DNA from: Hylemonella gracilis
GTDB taxonomy: Bacteria > Pseudomonadota > Gammaproteobacteria > Burkholderiales > Burkholderiaceae_C
Reading direction: 5' to 3'
Assembly: GCA_945862005.1 (NCBI GenBank)
Contig: CAMAWQ010000001.1
Span: 3,160-67,159 of the forward strand
DNA: 64,000 nucleotides
The position numbers and the translations under genes are program-made. Positions 41,115 to 49,870 of the stretch are shown piece after piece; within the stretch, counting starts at the first letter, position 1; the number at the start of each line of letters is the position of its first letter. The notes under the pieces are model-generated. The model had not been told where the DNA came from and did no database searches. It saw nothing but the letters and a program-made list of their open reading frames with translations.

Positions 41115-41358
41115 AAAGCATGGGGGTGCGCCGACCTCGAGCCCAAGGGTCGTTTCCCAAGGAAGCGGCAGCCATCAAGTAAGGGAGGGCAATTCTAGCG
41201 GCACCGCGCCTTAAACACCATGCTCCCGTCATGGTGATATGTTAAAAAACAGCCAAAGCTAGGTTGTGCGACCCAGACTGGGGCTACCGTCAAAGCGGTT
41301 CTCGTTTACAAAGCTCTGACTCGCAAGTACAGCACCACACCACCGCATTGCCTGACAC

Positions 41359-42741
41359 ATGACCCTTAAGACACTTCAAAAATGCCTTGCGGCAAACCTG
41401 TGCACGTTGCTTGCCATAGCCTCCCTCAACGCCATTGCACAAACCAAATCGGCCGAGTCCGGAGAAGAGCCCCGCGTGGTGTTTCATGCCCAAACCACTT
41501 GGATCGGCCAAAGCAAGCCCGGGTTTAACACACCCACACCGTATTCAGACAGCGCCAACATGTTGTCGCCTCTTTCTGAGCAGGGCTTCTCCATGACGGT
41601 CACTGCCGATATAGGCATACGACTCTGGAAGGGCGCGCAGTTTCACATCAACCCAGAGTCGGCCAGAGGCAGATCGTTATCCAAGTCCTTAGGCACCGCA
41701 TCCGTTCCTAATGGCGAGTTACAACGTGGCTCCAATATGGCGTGGGCCAGCTACCGCGCACGGATGTTTTTTATGCAGCGCTGGAATGGCGACGGAGAAA
41801 CCGTGGACATCGAGCCTGACTTCAATGAGATCGGCGGCAAAGCCAGCTCCAACCGCTGGACCATGGTGGCGGGCAACTTTTCATTGCTCGATTTTTTTGA
41901 TGCCAACCCCTACGCCAAAGACCCACGCTCTCAATTTATGAACTGGTCTTTTCTAACGCACGGTGCTTGGGACTACGCCGCCGACGCAAGGGGCTACACA
42001 CAAGGCTTCATGCTGGACTACACCACCCCCACATGGGCCATCCGGTTTGCACGCACTGCCGTCCCCGTGCAACCCAACGGATTACAACTAGATGATGCCT
42101 TGGGCCTTCACTACGGCGACCAACTGGAATTTGAAACAGATCTGCCCTTGAAGCTCCAACACGGCCCCATGCGCGGTAGCATCATCTACTACCGCAACAA
42201 AGCGCCAATGTTTGCCTACAAAGACGCCATGGCTTACACCAGTACCGAATACCTGCAGATACCCCGCAGCGAGCAAACCAAAACAGGCTATGGCCTAACC
42301 CTAATGGCCCCTTTTGCCGAAGAAGCGGGCCTATTCTTCCGATACAGTAAAAACGACGGCAACTTTGAGCAATACAACTTTGTAGAAATTGACCAGCAAT
42401 GGTCCGTGGGCGGCGTGTTCACAGGTAAGGGCTGGGGCCGCTCGCAAGACCGTGTAGGCGTGGCACTGGCCGTGAACGACCTTTCTCCGGCGCACCAGGA
42501 TTACTTCAACGCCGGAGGCAAAGGCTTTTTTGTGGGCGACGGTGTGGCCAATACCCTGAAGTACGGTTCAGAGCGTGCCTTGGAAACCTGGTACCGCTGG
42601 AACCTGAACGACGTCAATACCCGTGTGGGTAAACTGCAAAATGCGTTCTCGGTGGGTTGGCAGCACATCATGAACCCCGGTTACAACCAAGACCGCGGCC
42701 CTATGAACGTGTATTCGGTGCGCTGGCACAGCGAGTTTTAG
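41359..42741 (+). CDS. OprB/carbohydrate-porin family outer membrane protein (MnoP-like)
   Basis: Signal peptide, DPRSQFMNWS, GAWDYAADARGYT, ETWY, NPGYNQDRGP and C-terminal HSEF. Confidence 0.82.
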   Translation: MTLKTLQKCLAANLCTLLAIASLNAIAQTKSAESGEEPRVVFHAQTTWIGQSKPGFNTPTPYSDSANMLSPLSEQGFSMTVTADIGIRLWKGAQFHINPESARGRSLSKSLGTASVPNGELQRGSNMAWASYRARMFFMQRWNGDGETVDIEPDFNEIGGKASSNRWTMVAGNFSLLDFFDANPYAKDPRSQFMNWSFLTHGAWDYAADARGYTQGFMLDYTTPTWAIRFARTAVPVQPNGLQLDDALGLHYGDQLEFETDLPLKLQHGPMRGSIIYYRNKAPMFAYKDAMAYTSTEYLQIPRSEQTKTGYGLTLMAPFAEEAGLFFRYSKNDGNFEQYNFVEIDQQWSVGGVFTGKGWGRSQDRVGVALAVNDLSPAHQDYFNAGGKGFFVGDGVANTLKYGSERALETWYRWNLNDVNTRVGKLQNAFSVGWQHIMNPGYNQDRGPMNVYSVRWHSEF

Positions 42742-42804
42742 CAATCAACCCAGGCTCAACGCGCCCCCCGCAAACGCTGAGCTTTTTCACACCTACTGGA
42801 CGCC

Positions 42805-44112
42805 ATGTCACTCGAAAAACTCACCGTCATGCTGCACAAAGTTACGGTGGAGCAAACGACTGCCGCTCAACCCACCAACAAAAGCGATCTGATAGCGTCC
42901 CTATTGGCCAAACAGCAGCAGGCAGAGCTGAGCATCTTTATAGAGCGACAAAGTACCCAAGAGCTGGGCGTGTATCTGGACACCTTGGCCGAACTGGATG
43001 CCCAAAAACTATGGGCACGCATACCTGAGGCGCGACAAAACGAGGTGCTGTGGGAGGTGAGCGATGCGCGCCGCCAAGCCATTGCAGGCGAGCGGCAGCC
43101 CCACTTTGCGGGCAGCAAAATCAACCTGTACGAGCTGGTGGAAGGCAAGGTGCGTCAGGTGCATATCACCGACCGCAAAGTGCTCGAAGGCACCAAGCCA
43201 GTGTGGATTGACCTGATCAACGCCTCCGCCTCAGAGCGGGCGTTTATTGGGGCGCACTTTGGGGTGGTGCTGGCAGACCCCGTAGAGGCCACCGAACTGG
43301 AAGTGACCGCACGGTTTTATGTGGAAGAAAACGACCACATCCACTTGCACTCCAACTTTCTGCATGACAAGTCGCAGGGCTCCAAAAGCGTGCCCGTGGC
43401 CTTTATCTTGCACGGCGGGGTGTTGTTTTCGCTGCGCAATGAAGAGCTGCCCGTGTTTCGGCTGCAGCAACGCCGCACCCTGACCCAGCCCGGCTACATC
43501 ACCGACAGCATTGACCTGCTGCTGGATCTGTATGGCGCCGATGTGGAGTGCTCAGCCGACTCGCTGGAAAACATTTACGCCAAATTGGGCCAAGTGGGCC
43601 ACCATGTGCTGAGCGAAAGCATCACCGACCAAGAGGCTGGTGAAATATTGGCTGACATTGCCGAAGAAGAAGACCAAAATGGCCACATCCGCAGCAACAT
43701 CATGGACACCCAACGCGCGCTCAACTTTTTAATGCGCGGCAGACTGCTCAAACCCGACCAAGTTACAGAGGCCAATCAAATTTTGCGCAACATTGAGTCG
43801 CTCAACAGCCACACCGCGTTTTTGTTCGACAAAATCAACTTTTTGATGGACGCCACCATCGGCTTCATCAACATCAACCAGAACAAACGCATCAACCAGC
43901 TCACGGTGTTCAGCGTGGTGTTCATGCCCATCAACATCTTGGCGGGCATGGGCGGGATGTCGGAATTTTCCATGATGACCGAGGGCATCCCTTGGCCCCT
44001 CTCGTACACGGCGTTTGCCATCGTCTCGGGCCTGATTGGTGCAGGCACCTATGTGCTGTTGAAAGTTTTGGAGCGCAAACGGCTCAAACGCATGAAGGCT
44101 CGTGCGCCATGA
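42805..44112 (+). CDS. CorA-family divalent cation channel with an N-terminal extension and a GMS signature
   Basis: WIDL, FDKINFLMDATIGFININQN, TM1 VFMPINILAGMGGMSEF and TM2. About 100 extra N-terminal residues. Confidence 0.88.
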   Translation: MSLEKLTVMLHKVTVEQTTAAQPTNKSDLIASLLAKQQQAELSIFIERQSTQELGVYLDTLAELDAQKLWARIPEARQNEVLWEVSDARRQAIAGERQPHFAGSKINLYELVEGKVRQVHITDRKVLEGTKPVWIDLINASASERAFIGAHFGVVLADPVEATELEVTARFYVEENDHIHLHSNFLHDKSQGSKSVPVAFILHGGVLFSLRNEELPVFRLQQRRTLTQPGYITDSIDLLLDLYGADVECSADSLENIYAKLGQVGHHVLSESITDQEAGEILADIAEEEDQNGHIRSNIMDTQRALNFLMRGRLLKPDQVTEANQILRNIESLNSHTAFLFDKINFLMDATIGFININQNKRINQLTVFSVVFMPINILAGMGGMSEFSMMTEGIPWPLSYTAFAIVSGLIGAGTYVLLKVLERKRLKRMKARAP

Positions 44113-45053
44113 GTGCGCGCCATCCGGACACCGATTACGCTGATAACGCGAACAGCCCAGACTCAGACAGCGAAACCCCACAAGCACTGGTAGAAAGCCG
44201 CGCTCTAGCGGCCAACCGCAGCACCTGGGTGAGTGTGGTGGTCAACTTGGTGCTCAGCATCGTGCAGGTGTTGGTGGGCGTGCTGACCAAGTCTCAAGCA
44301 CTGGTGGCTGACGGGGTGCATTCGCTCTCAGACCTTGTGTCTGACTTTGTAGTGTTGTGGGCCAGCCGCCACAGCAAAAAAGACCCCGACGCAGACCATC
44401 CCTACGGGCACCAGCGGTTTGAAAACGCCGCCTCACTGTTTTTGGGGGTGCTGCTCTTGGCGGTGGGGGCGGGCATGCTGTGGAACGCCACACAACTCAT
44501 TCAACACCACGATGAAATTCCAACGGTGGACGCCTCTGCCCTGTGGGTGGCACTGGCGGCGCTGGTCAGCAAAGAGCTTCTGTTTAGGTACATGCTCATG
44601 GTGGCCAAAGAGGTTAAGTCGAGCATGCTGGTGGCCAACGCCTGGCATGCCCGCTCCGACGCCGCCTCGTCCTTGGTGGTGGGGCTGGGCATTTTGGGCA
44701 ATATGGCGGGCTACCCCCTACTTGACCCGATTGCCGCGCTGATAGTGGGCCTGATGGTCGCCAAAATGGGTTGGGGGTTTGGCTGGAGTGCCCTGCACGA
44801 TTTGCTGGACCGCTCGGCCGACATAGCCGAGGTGGCCGCCATCACCGACACCATCCGCCAGACCCCGGGCGTGCGCGATGTGCACGATTTGCGCACACGC
44901 AAAATGGGCGACATGATCTTGGTGGATGTGCACTTGGGCGTGGACAAGCACCTCACCGTAGAAGCCGGTCACGCTATAGCGGTGGACGCACAGGAGCGCG
45001 TGATGCAACGCCACCGCGTTTTAAGCCTCATGACGCACGTGGATCCCGTTTAA
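44109..45053 (+). CDS. Cation diffusion facilitator (CDF) transporter
   Basis: SQALVADGVHSLSD, HPYGHQRFE, ANAWHARSD and LRTRKMG. ATGA-coupled to the CorA gene. Confidence 0.92.
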   Translation: MSARHPDTDYADNANSPDSDSETPQALVESRALAANRSTWVSVVVNLVLSIVQVLVGVLTKSQALVADGVHSLSDLVSDFVVLWASRHSKKDPDADHPYGHQRFENAASLFLGVLLLAVGAGMLWNATQLIQHHDEIPTVDASALWVALAALVSKELLFRYMLMVAKEVKSSMLVANAWHARSDAASSLVVGLGILGNMAGYPLLDPIAALIVGLMVAKMGWGFGWSALHDLLDRSADIAEVAAITDTIRQTPGVRDVHDLRTRKMGDMILVDVHLGVDKHLTVEAGHAIAVDAQERVMQRHRVLSLMTHVDPV

Positions 45054-46440
45054 AGCTCAAGGTGGCGCACAGGCCCTGACCCTCCGGCCCGGGGCTGAGC
45101 TCAAAACGCGCGTGCATGACCTGGGCAAACTTGGACACAATGGCCAAGCCCAAACCCGCCCCCTGACCCAGCCGTTCAGCATGCAAGCCGCGCACACCGC
45201 GCTGCATCAAATGCTGTCGCTCTTGCAGGCCCAGCCCCGCGCCGTTGTCGGTCACCGAGAGTTCAAGTGTTGGGTGGTGGGTGTCGGGCCCAGCCACAGA
45301 CACCGATACGGTCACCCTGCTGCCTCCTTGCGGCGCACGCCCGTAGCGCAGGGCATTGTCTAAAAGGTTGCTCAGAGCGCCTTCCATAAGGGCCAGGTTG
45401 GCCACCCACTGCACGGGCTGGTCGATGCCTTGAACGCCCAAGTCCACACCCGCGGCGTCCGCACGCGGCAGGTAGCGCAACACGGTGTCGCGCACCACAG
45501 CATCTACGTCCACCAGTTCCAGCGGCACACCGGTGTCGGCTTCTTCGGCCAGCGCCAGGGCCAGCAGCTGCTCCACCAAGCGGTCGGCTCGCAGCTCGCT
45601 GCTGGCAATGCGCTGCAACTGCTCACGCCACACCGCAGGGTCTGTGTGAGACAAGGCATATTCCGCCGATGCTCTGATGCCCGCCAACGGCGTGCGCAGC
45701 TCATGCGCCACATTGCCCGAAAACTCACGCTGAGCCCGCATGCTGTGGCTCAAACGGTCGAGCAAGTTGTTGATGGCCACCCCCAAGCGTTCAATGTTGG
45801 TGTTTTGGGCCCGCACCAGCAGCGGGCTTAAATCGCGGGCGTCCCGGCGGTCTATGGACTGCTGAAAGTCGTCCAAAGGCTTGAGCTCCAAGCCAATGAT
45901 GTGGCGCAGCCACAGCGCCATGAGCACCAGCAAAATCAATTGCGGCGCCACCGACAGACTCACTACCTTTTCCAACAGCGCTTGGCGGCTGCCTTTGGTT
46001 TGGGCCATGACCACAGAAAAGCCCAAAGGCTGCACTTGCAACACACTGACCGCTCGCAACCACTGGCCCTCGTGAATCACTTCTGAAAAAAGCACTGTGG
46101 ACGGGCTTTGAGGCAGGGCTGCCTTGATCGAGGTGTGCCCCGCAAGAAAAGTCCCGTCTAAGCGGCGCACACTGAAATACACCCGCTCGCTTTGGTCGAA
46201 CAAGGCGGAGCCCATTTCTTGGTTGCTCAGCTCCAAAGTCAGCCCCTGCGAACCCAGCACCACGCGCGATGCCATAGCCATGGCGTCGTCCAGCAAGGCA
46301 CGGTCAAAGGCTTTCGCTGCGTAAAAATAGGACACCCCCACCGTCATGGACGTCCCCAAAAGCCACGTCAGCGCCAAAGGCGTGAGAACTTGCCGCACCA
46401 ACCGCTTGCGAAGGGAGGGGGTTTTATGGGTCTTAACCAT
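45028..46440 (-). CDS. Sensor histidine kinase (QseC/TctE-like)
   Basis: Two TM segments, H-box AHELRTPL, N-box NLLDNALRY, DNGAG and GAGLGLAIV. Confidence 0.92.
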   Translation of the reverse strand: MVKTHKTPSLRKRLVRQVLTPLALTWLLGTSMTVGVSYFYAAKAFDRALLDDAMAMASRVVLGSQGLTLELSNQEMGSALFDQSERVYFSVRRLDGTFLAGHTSIKAALPQSPSTVLFSEVIHEGQWLRAVSVLQVQPLGFSVVMAQTKGSRQALLEKVVSLSVAPQLILLVLMALWLRHIIGLELKPLDDFQQSIDRRDARDLSPLLVRAQNTNIERLGVAINNLLDRLSHSMRAQREFSGNVAHELRTPLAGIRASAEYALSHTDPAVWREQLQRIASSELRADRLVEQLLALALAEEADTGVPLELVDVDAVVRDTVLRYLPRADAAGVDLGVQGIDQPVQWVANLALMEGALSNLLDNALRYGRAPQGGSRVTVSVSVAGPDTHHPTLELSVTDNGAGLGLQERQHLMQRGVRGLHAERLGQGAGLGLAIVSKFAQVMHARFELSPGPEGQGLCATLSFKRDPRAS

Positions 46441-47146
46441 GGGGCACTTCGGTGATAGCGTCTGAAGGCTCAAGCAGATAACCCAAGCCGCGCAGGGTGC
46501 GTATGTGCGCCCCAGAGCCGGTCAGCTTTTTGCGCAGGCGCGAGATAAAAGCCTCCAAAGCATTGGGGGCCAACAGCTCATCAAAAGACGACAGTTTTTG
46601 AGACAGCTGGTGTTTGCTCACCACGCGCCCCACCGGGGTCATCAACTCCCACAGCACTTCAAACTCTCGGGTGGGCAGCTCCAACAACTGGCCGTTTAAA
46701 GACAGCCGGCGCGCCTTGCGGTCTAGCGTCAAGTGGCCAAGTCGGGTTTCGTCGTCGGTGCCAAGGACGCGCCGCGCAAGCGCACGCAAACGGGCCTCGA
46801 CTTCAGCCAGGTCAAAGGGTTTGCCCAAATAGTCGTCGGCACCGGCGTCTAGGCCCGCCACCCGCTCCTCTGTGCGGTTGCGCGCGGTCAGTACCAGCAC
46901 GGGAGTTCTGTCGCCCCGCGCTCGGGCTTCTCGCAGCAGAGTCAACGCACTGGTCTGCTGGGCGTTAGGGCCGTCGTCTGAGGGCAAGTTCAAATCCAAT
47001 AGCACCACATCAAACGCTTGTACCGCCCAAAAGTGTTGCGCGTCTTTTAGGTGCAGCGCCACATCCACACGGTGGCCCGCCTGCGTGAGGCTCAGCGACA
47101 TGACCTCGCTAAGCACGACATCGTCCTCAACCAGCAAAATTCTCAT
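46433..47146 (-). CDS. OmpR-family response regulator
   Basis: LVEDD, LLDLNLP, GADDYLGKPF and winged-helix ISRLRKKL...TLRGLGY. Confidence 0.94.
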   Translation of the reverse strand: MRILLVEDDVVLSEVMSLSLTQAGHRVDVALHLKDAQHFWAVQAFDVVLLDLNLPSDDGPNAQQTSALTLLREARARGDRTPVLVLTARNRTEERVAGLDAGADDYLGKPFDLAEVEARLRALARRVLGTDDETRLGHLTLDRKARRLSLNGQLLELPTREFEVLWELMTPVGRVVSKHQLSQKLSSFDELLAPNALEAFISRLRKKLTGSGAHIRTLRGLGYLLEPSDAITEVPHG

Positions 47147-47224
47147 ATAGGGGGGCTTTCGCCTCGATCAACACCATAAAGCCACAAGTCTGCGGGTTAA
47201 CCCGCGCAACAACCGCCGCCTGAA

Positions 47225-47240
47225 GTCAGGCATTGGTCAG
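47225..47240. promoter_or_regulatory. Candidate OmpR-family tandem binding site
   Basis: GTCAG direct repeats at 47225 and 47236 (11-bp period) between the regulator and the divergent RND operon. Confidence 0.5.
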
Positions 47241-47263
47241 TTGACGTTTTTCAGAATACGCAC

Positions 47264-48619
47264 ATGTTTACACATTCAAGACCAAGCTGGTGGGCCAAAA
47301 TGCAGACCGCACTGCTGGCCGCGGCATTACTGAGCAGCATCACCCCGCTAATGGCGCAGTCCACGGGCCCCGCCACTCAGACATCAACCGCAAGCACAAC
47401 TGTCGCAACCGTCACGATCAGCCTAAAAGAGACTTTAAGTGCCGCGGTTCAAAACTTAGAGGTGACCTTGGCCCGCCAACAACAAGCGGCGGCACAGGCC
47501 GATGTGGTAAGCGCAGACCGCGTGCCATTGCCGGTCTTGACCACCAAACTCAGCCAGATGGACCTGCAAAACGGCACCGGCGGCGGCAACTGGCTGACCG
47601 AGCAGCGTGTGGACAAGTCTTTAGGCATGGACTGGACTTGGGAGCGCGGCAACAAGCGGGCCCACCGCGTGGAACAGGCGCGCCAAAACGCGGCGGCTGC
47701 CTCGGCCGACACGCAAGACGTGCGCGTGCGCCAGGTGCTGCGAGCGCAGGCGGCGTTTTTTGGCTTGCTGGAAGCACAAGATCGCATCCGCGAGGTGCAA
47801 GAGCTGGCGCAGTTTGCCCAAACCTTGGCTCAAAGTGCGGCGCGCCGCGTGCAGGCTGGCGACTTGTCGTCGCAAGAGTTAGAGCGCATTGAAATTGAAG
47901 CGCAGCGCGCGCAAGCCGACTTACGCAGCGCACAGCGCGAGGTGCAGCGTGCAGCGCAAACGTTGTGGCAGGCCAGCGGTGTGGCCACACCGGCCGCGCG
48001 GCTGAAGGCGCAAGACATTTGGCCGCAAAACCCTACGGGGGCGTCCACCCCCAATGCAGACTGGTCGGCCCTGACAGACAGCCGCCCTGAAGTGCGCGCC
48101 GCGCAAGCTCGCGTACTGGCGGCCCAAGCCAACACGCAGCTCAGCCAAGCCCTGCGGGCCAACGACATCACCTGGGGCGCCTCATACGACCACTACCCCG
48201 GCACGTCTACTGCCCTTCTGGAGCTGCGCTTGCAGGTGCCGCTGCAATGGGGCTACAGCTACCAAGGCGAAATTGCACGCGCCCTGTCGCAGCTGCAATA
48301 CGCTCAAAGCGACCTAGAAAACACCAAGCGGCAAGTGTTGTCCGAACTGCAAACCCTGTTCGACGAGGTCGCCAGCGCCAGCGAGCGCGTGCGCACTTAC
48401 GAACAAGACATCTTGCCCCGTGCGCGCCGTGTGGCCGACAAAGCCGAGCTAGCCTACAGCAAAGGCGCGCTGTCTTTAACCGACCTGCTCGACGCTCGGC
48501 GCGTGCTGCGCGCCGCACGGCTGGAAGCCCTAGCCGCCCGCACCGAGCATGCCAAAGCTACCGAAGCTTGGCGGCTGCGCACCGACCCCACCTATTTAGC
48601 CGCCTTGTCTCAACCGTAA
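47264..48619 (+). CDS. TolC-family outer membrane efflux protein (CzcC-like)
   Basis: Signal peptide, WERGNKR, RVQAGDLS and AYSKGALSLTDLLDARR. Confidence 0.88.
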   Translation: MFTHSRPSWWAKMQTALLAAALLSSITPLMAQSTGPATQTSTASTTVATVTISLKETLSAAVQNLEVTLARQQQAAAQADVVSADRVPLPVLTTKLSQMDLQNGTGGGNWLTEQRVDKSLGMDWTWERGNKRAHRVEQARQNAAAASADTQDVRVRQVLRAQAAFFGLLEAQDRIREVQELAQFAQTLAQSAARRVQAGDLSSQELERIEIEAQRAQADLRSAQREVQRAAQTLWQASGVATPAARLKAQDIWPQNPTGASTPNADWSALTDSRPEVRAAQARVLAAQANTQLSQALRANDITWGASYDHYPGTSTALLELRLQVPLQWGYSYQGEIARALSQLQYAQSDLENTKRQVLSELQTLFDEVASASERVRTYEQDILPRARRVADKAELAYSKGALSLTDLLDARRVLRAARLEALAARTEHAKATEAWRLRTDPTYLAALSQP

Positions 48620-48637
48620 TACCCAACCCTGACCGCT

Positions 48638-49870
48638 ATGAACACCCATTCACACCCTCTGACATGGGCCGCTCTGGCCTGTTCTGCTTTTTTGCTGTGC
48701 GCATGCTCAGAGGCACCGGCACCCAAGACCCAAGCGCCCGCACCCATCGTGCAAGAGGGCCGTTTGCGCTTTGTGGCCGACCACCCGCAACTCAAACTGC
48801 TACCGGTCTACACCGTACAGACCGCCCACCCCGTGCGGGCCGACCTGCCCGCACGGCTGGTTTGGAACGAAGACCGCACCCAACGCATTTACCCCGCCTT
48901 TAGTGGTCGGGTGGTGAGCATCAAGTCCGATGTGGGCCAAAAAGTAAGCGCAGGCTCCGCTTTGGCGTTACTAGCATCACCAGAGTTTGGGCAGGCACAA
49001 ACCGAGGCGGCGCGCGCGCAGGCCGACGCCCAACTGGCCCAAAAGGGCTTGGCCCGCCAGCGCGAGCTGTTTGAAGCCGGTATCGTGGCGCGCAAAGAGC
49101 TGGACCAAGCCGAAGCCGAGGCCACCCGTGCCCAAGCCGAGCTGGACCGGGCTGTAGCGCGCACGCGGCTGTATGGCGGCAGCAGTTCCGGCGGCCAAGG
49201 CAGCGCGGTCAATCAGCAGTTGGCACTAAGCAGCAGCATTTCGGGCGTGGTGGTGGAACGCAACCTCAACCCTGGTCAAGAGCTGCGGCCTGAAATATCA
49301 GGGCCAGGCGTGCCCGCGCTGTTTGTAGTGACCGACCCTTCCAGCCTGTGGGTGCAAATCGACGCCCGAGAGAGCGATTTGTCCTTGTTTGAGGCGCAAC
49401 CCCAAACGGCTTTGCCGTTTGAGCTGAGCGTGGCAGCACTGCCGGGCCAAACCTTCAAGGCGAAAGTCATCTCGAGCGGCGATTTTGTGGACCCCCAGTC
49501 GCGCACCATCAAAGTGCGCGCCATCGTGGCCAACCCCGATCGCAAGCTCAAAGCCGACATGCTGGCCACCGCCCGTTTTGAACGCAGTTTTGCGCAAGGT
49601 GTGATGGTGCCCGCCACCGCCGTCATGCTGCGTGCGGGTCAGCACAGCGTGTTTGTGCAAACCCGTGCGGCCGAATTTGAACGCCGCCGCGTTCAGGTCA
49701 TGTATGAAGGCCCTAAAGAAGTCATCTTGAGCAGCGGCTTGCAAACAGGCGAACAAGTGGTGGTGGAAAACGCGCTGCTGCTCAACCGCTTGTTAACTTT
49801 GGCGCAAGAGTCTCAGCCCAGCCCCGCGCTCACCGAACCCAAGCCCTCTCAAGCTAAGGCCGTGCCATGA
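48638..49870 (+). CDS. RND periplasmic adaptor subunit (CzcB-like)
   Basis: Lipobox-like LCAC, GRVVSI..DVGQKV, VDPQSRTIKVR and NPDRKLKADM. Confidence 0.9.
   Translation: MNTHSHPLTWAALACSAFLLCACSEAPAPKTQAPAPIVQEGRLRFVADHPQLKLLPVYTVQTAHPVRADLPARLVWNEDRTQRIYPAFSGRVVSIKSDVGQKVSAGSALALLASPEFGQAQTEAARAQADAQLAQKGLARQRELFEAGIVARKELDQAEAEATRAQAELDRAVARTRLYGGSSSGGQGSAVNQQLALSSSISGVVVERNLNPGQELRPEISGPGVPALFVVTDPSSLWVQIDARESDLSLFEAQPQTALPFELSVAALPGQTFKAKVISSGDFVDPQSRTIKVRAIVANPDRKLKADMLATARFERSFAQGVMVPATAVMLRAGQHSVFVQTRAAEFERRRVQVMYEGPKEVILSSGLQTGEQVVVENALLLNRLLTLAQESQPSPALTEPKPSQAKAVP

Noticed and set aside
39921-41198. 425-aa plus-strand ORF antisense to mnmG
   Set aside because: Shadow ORF opposite a highly conserved gene, with no family signature.
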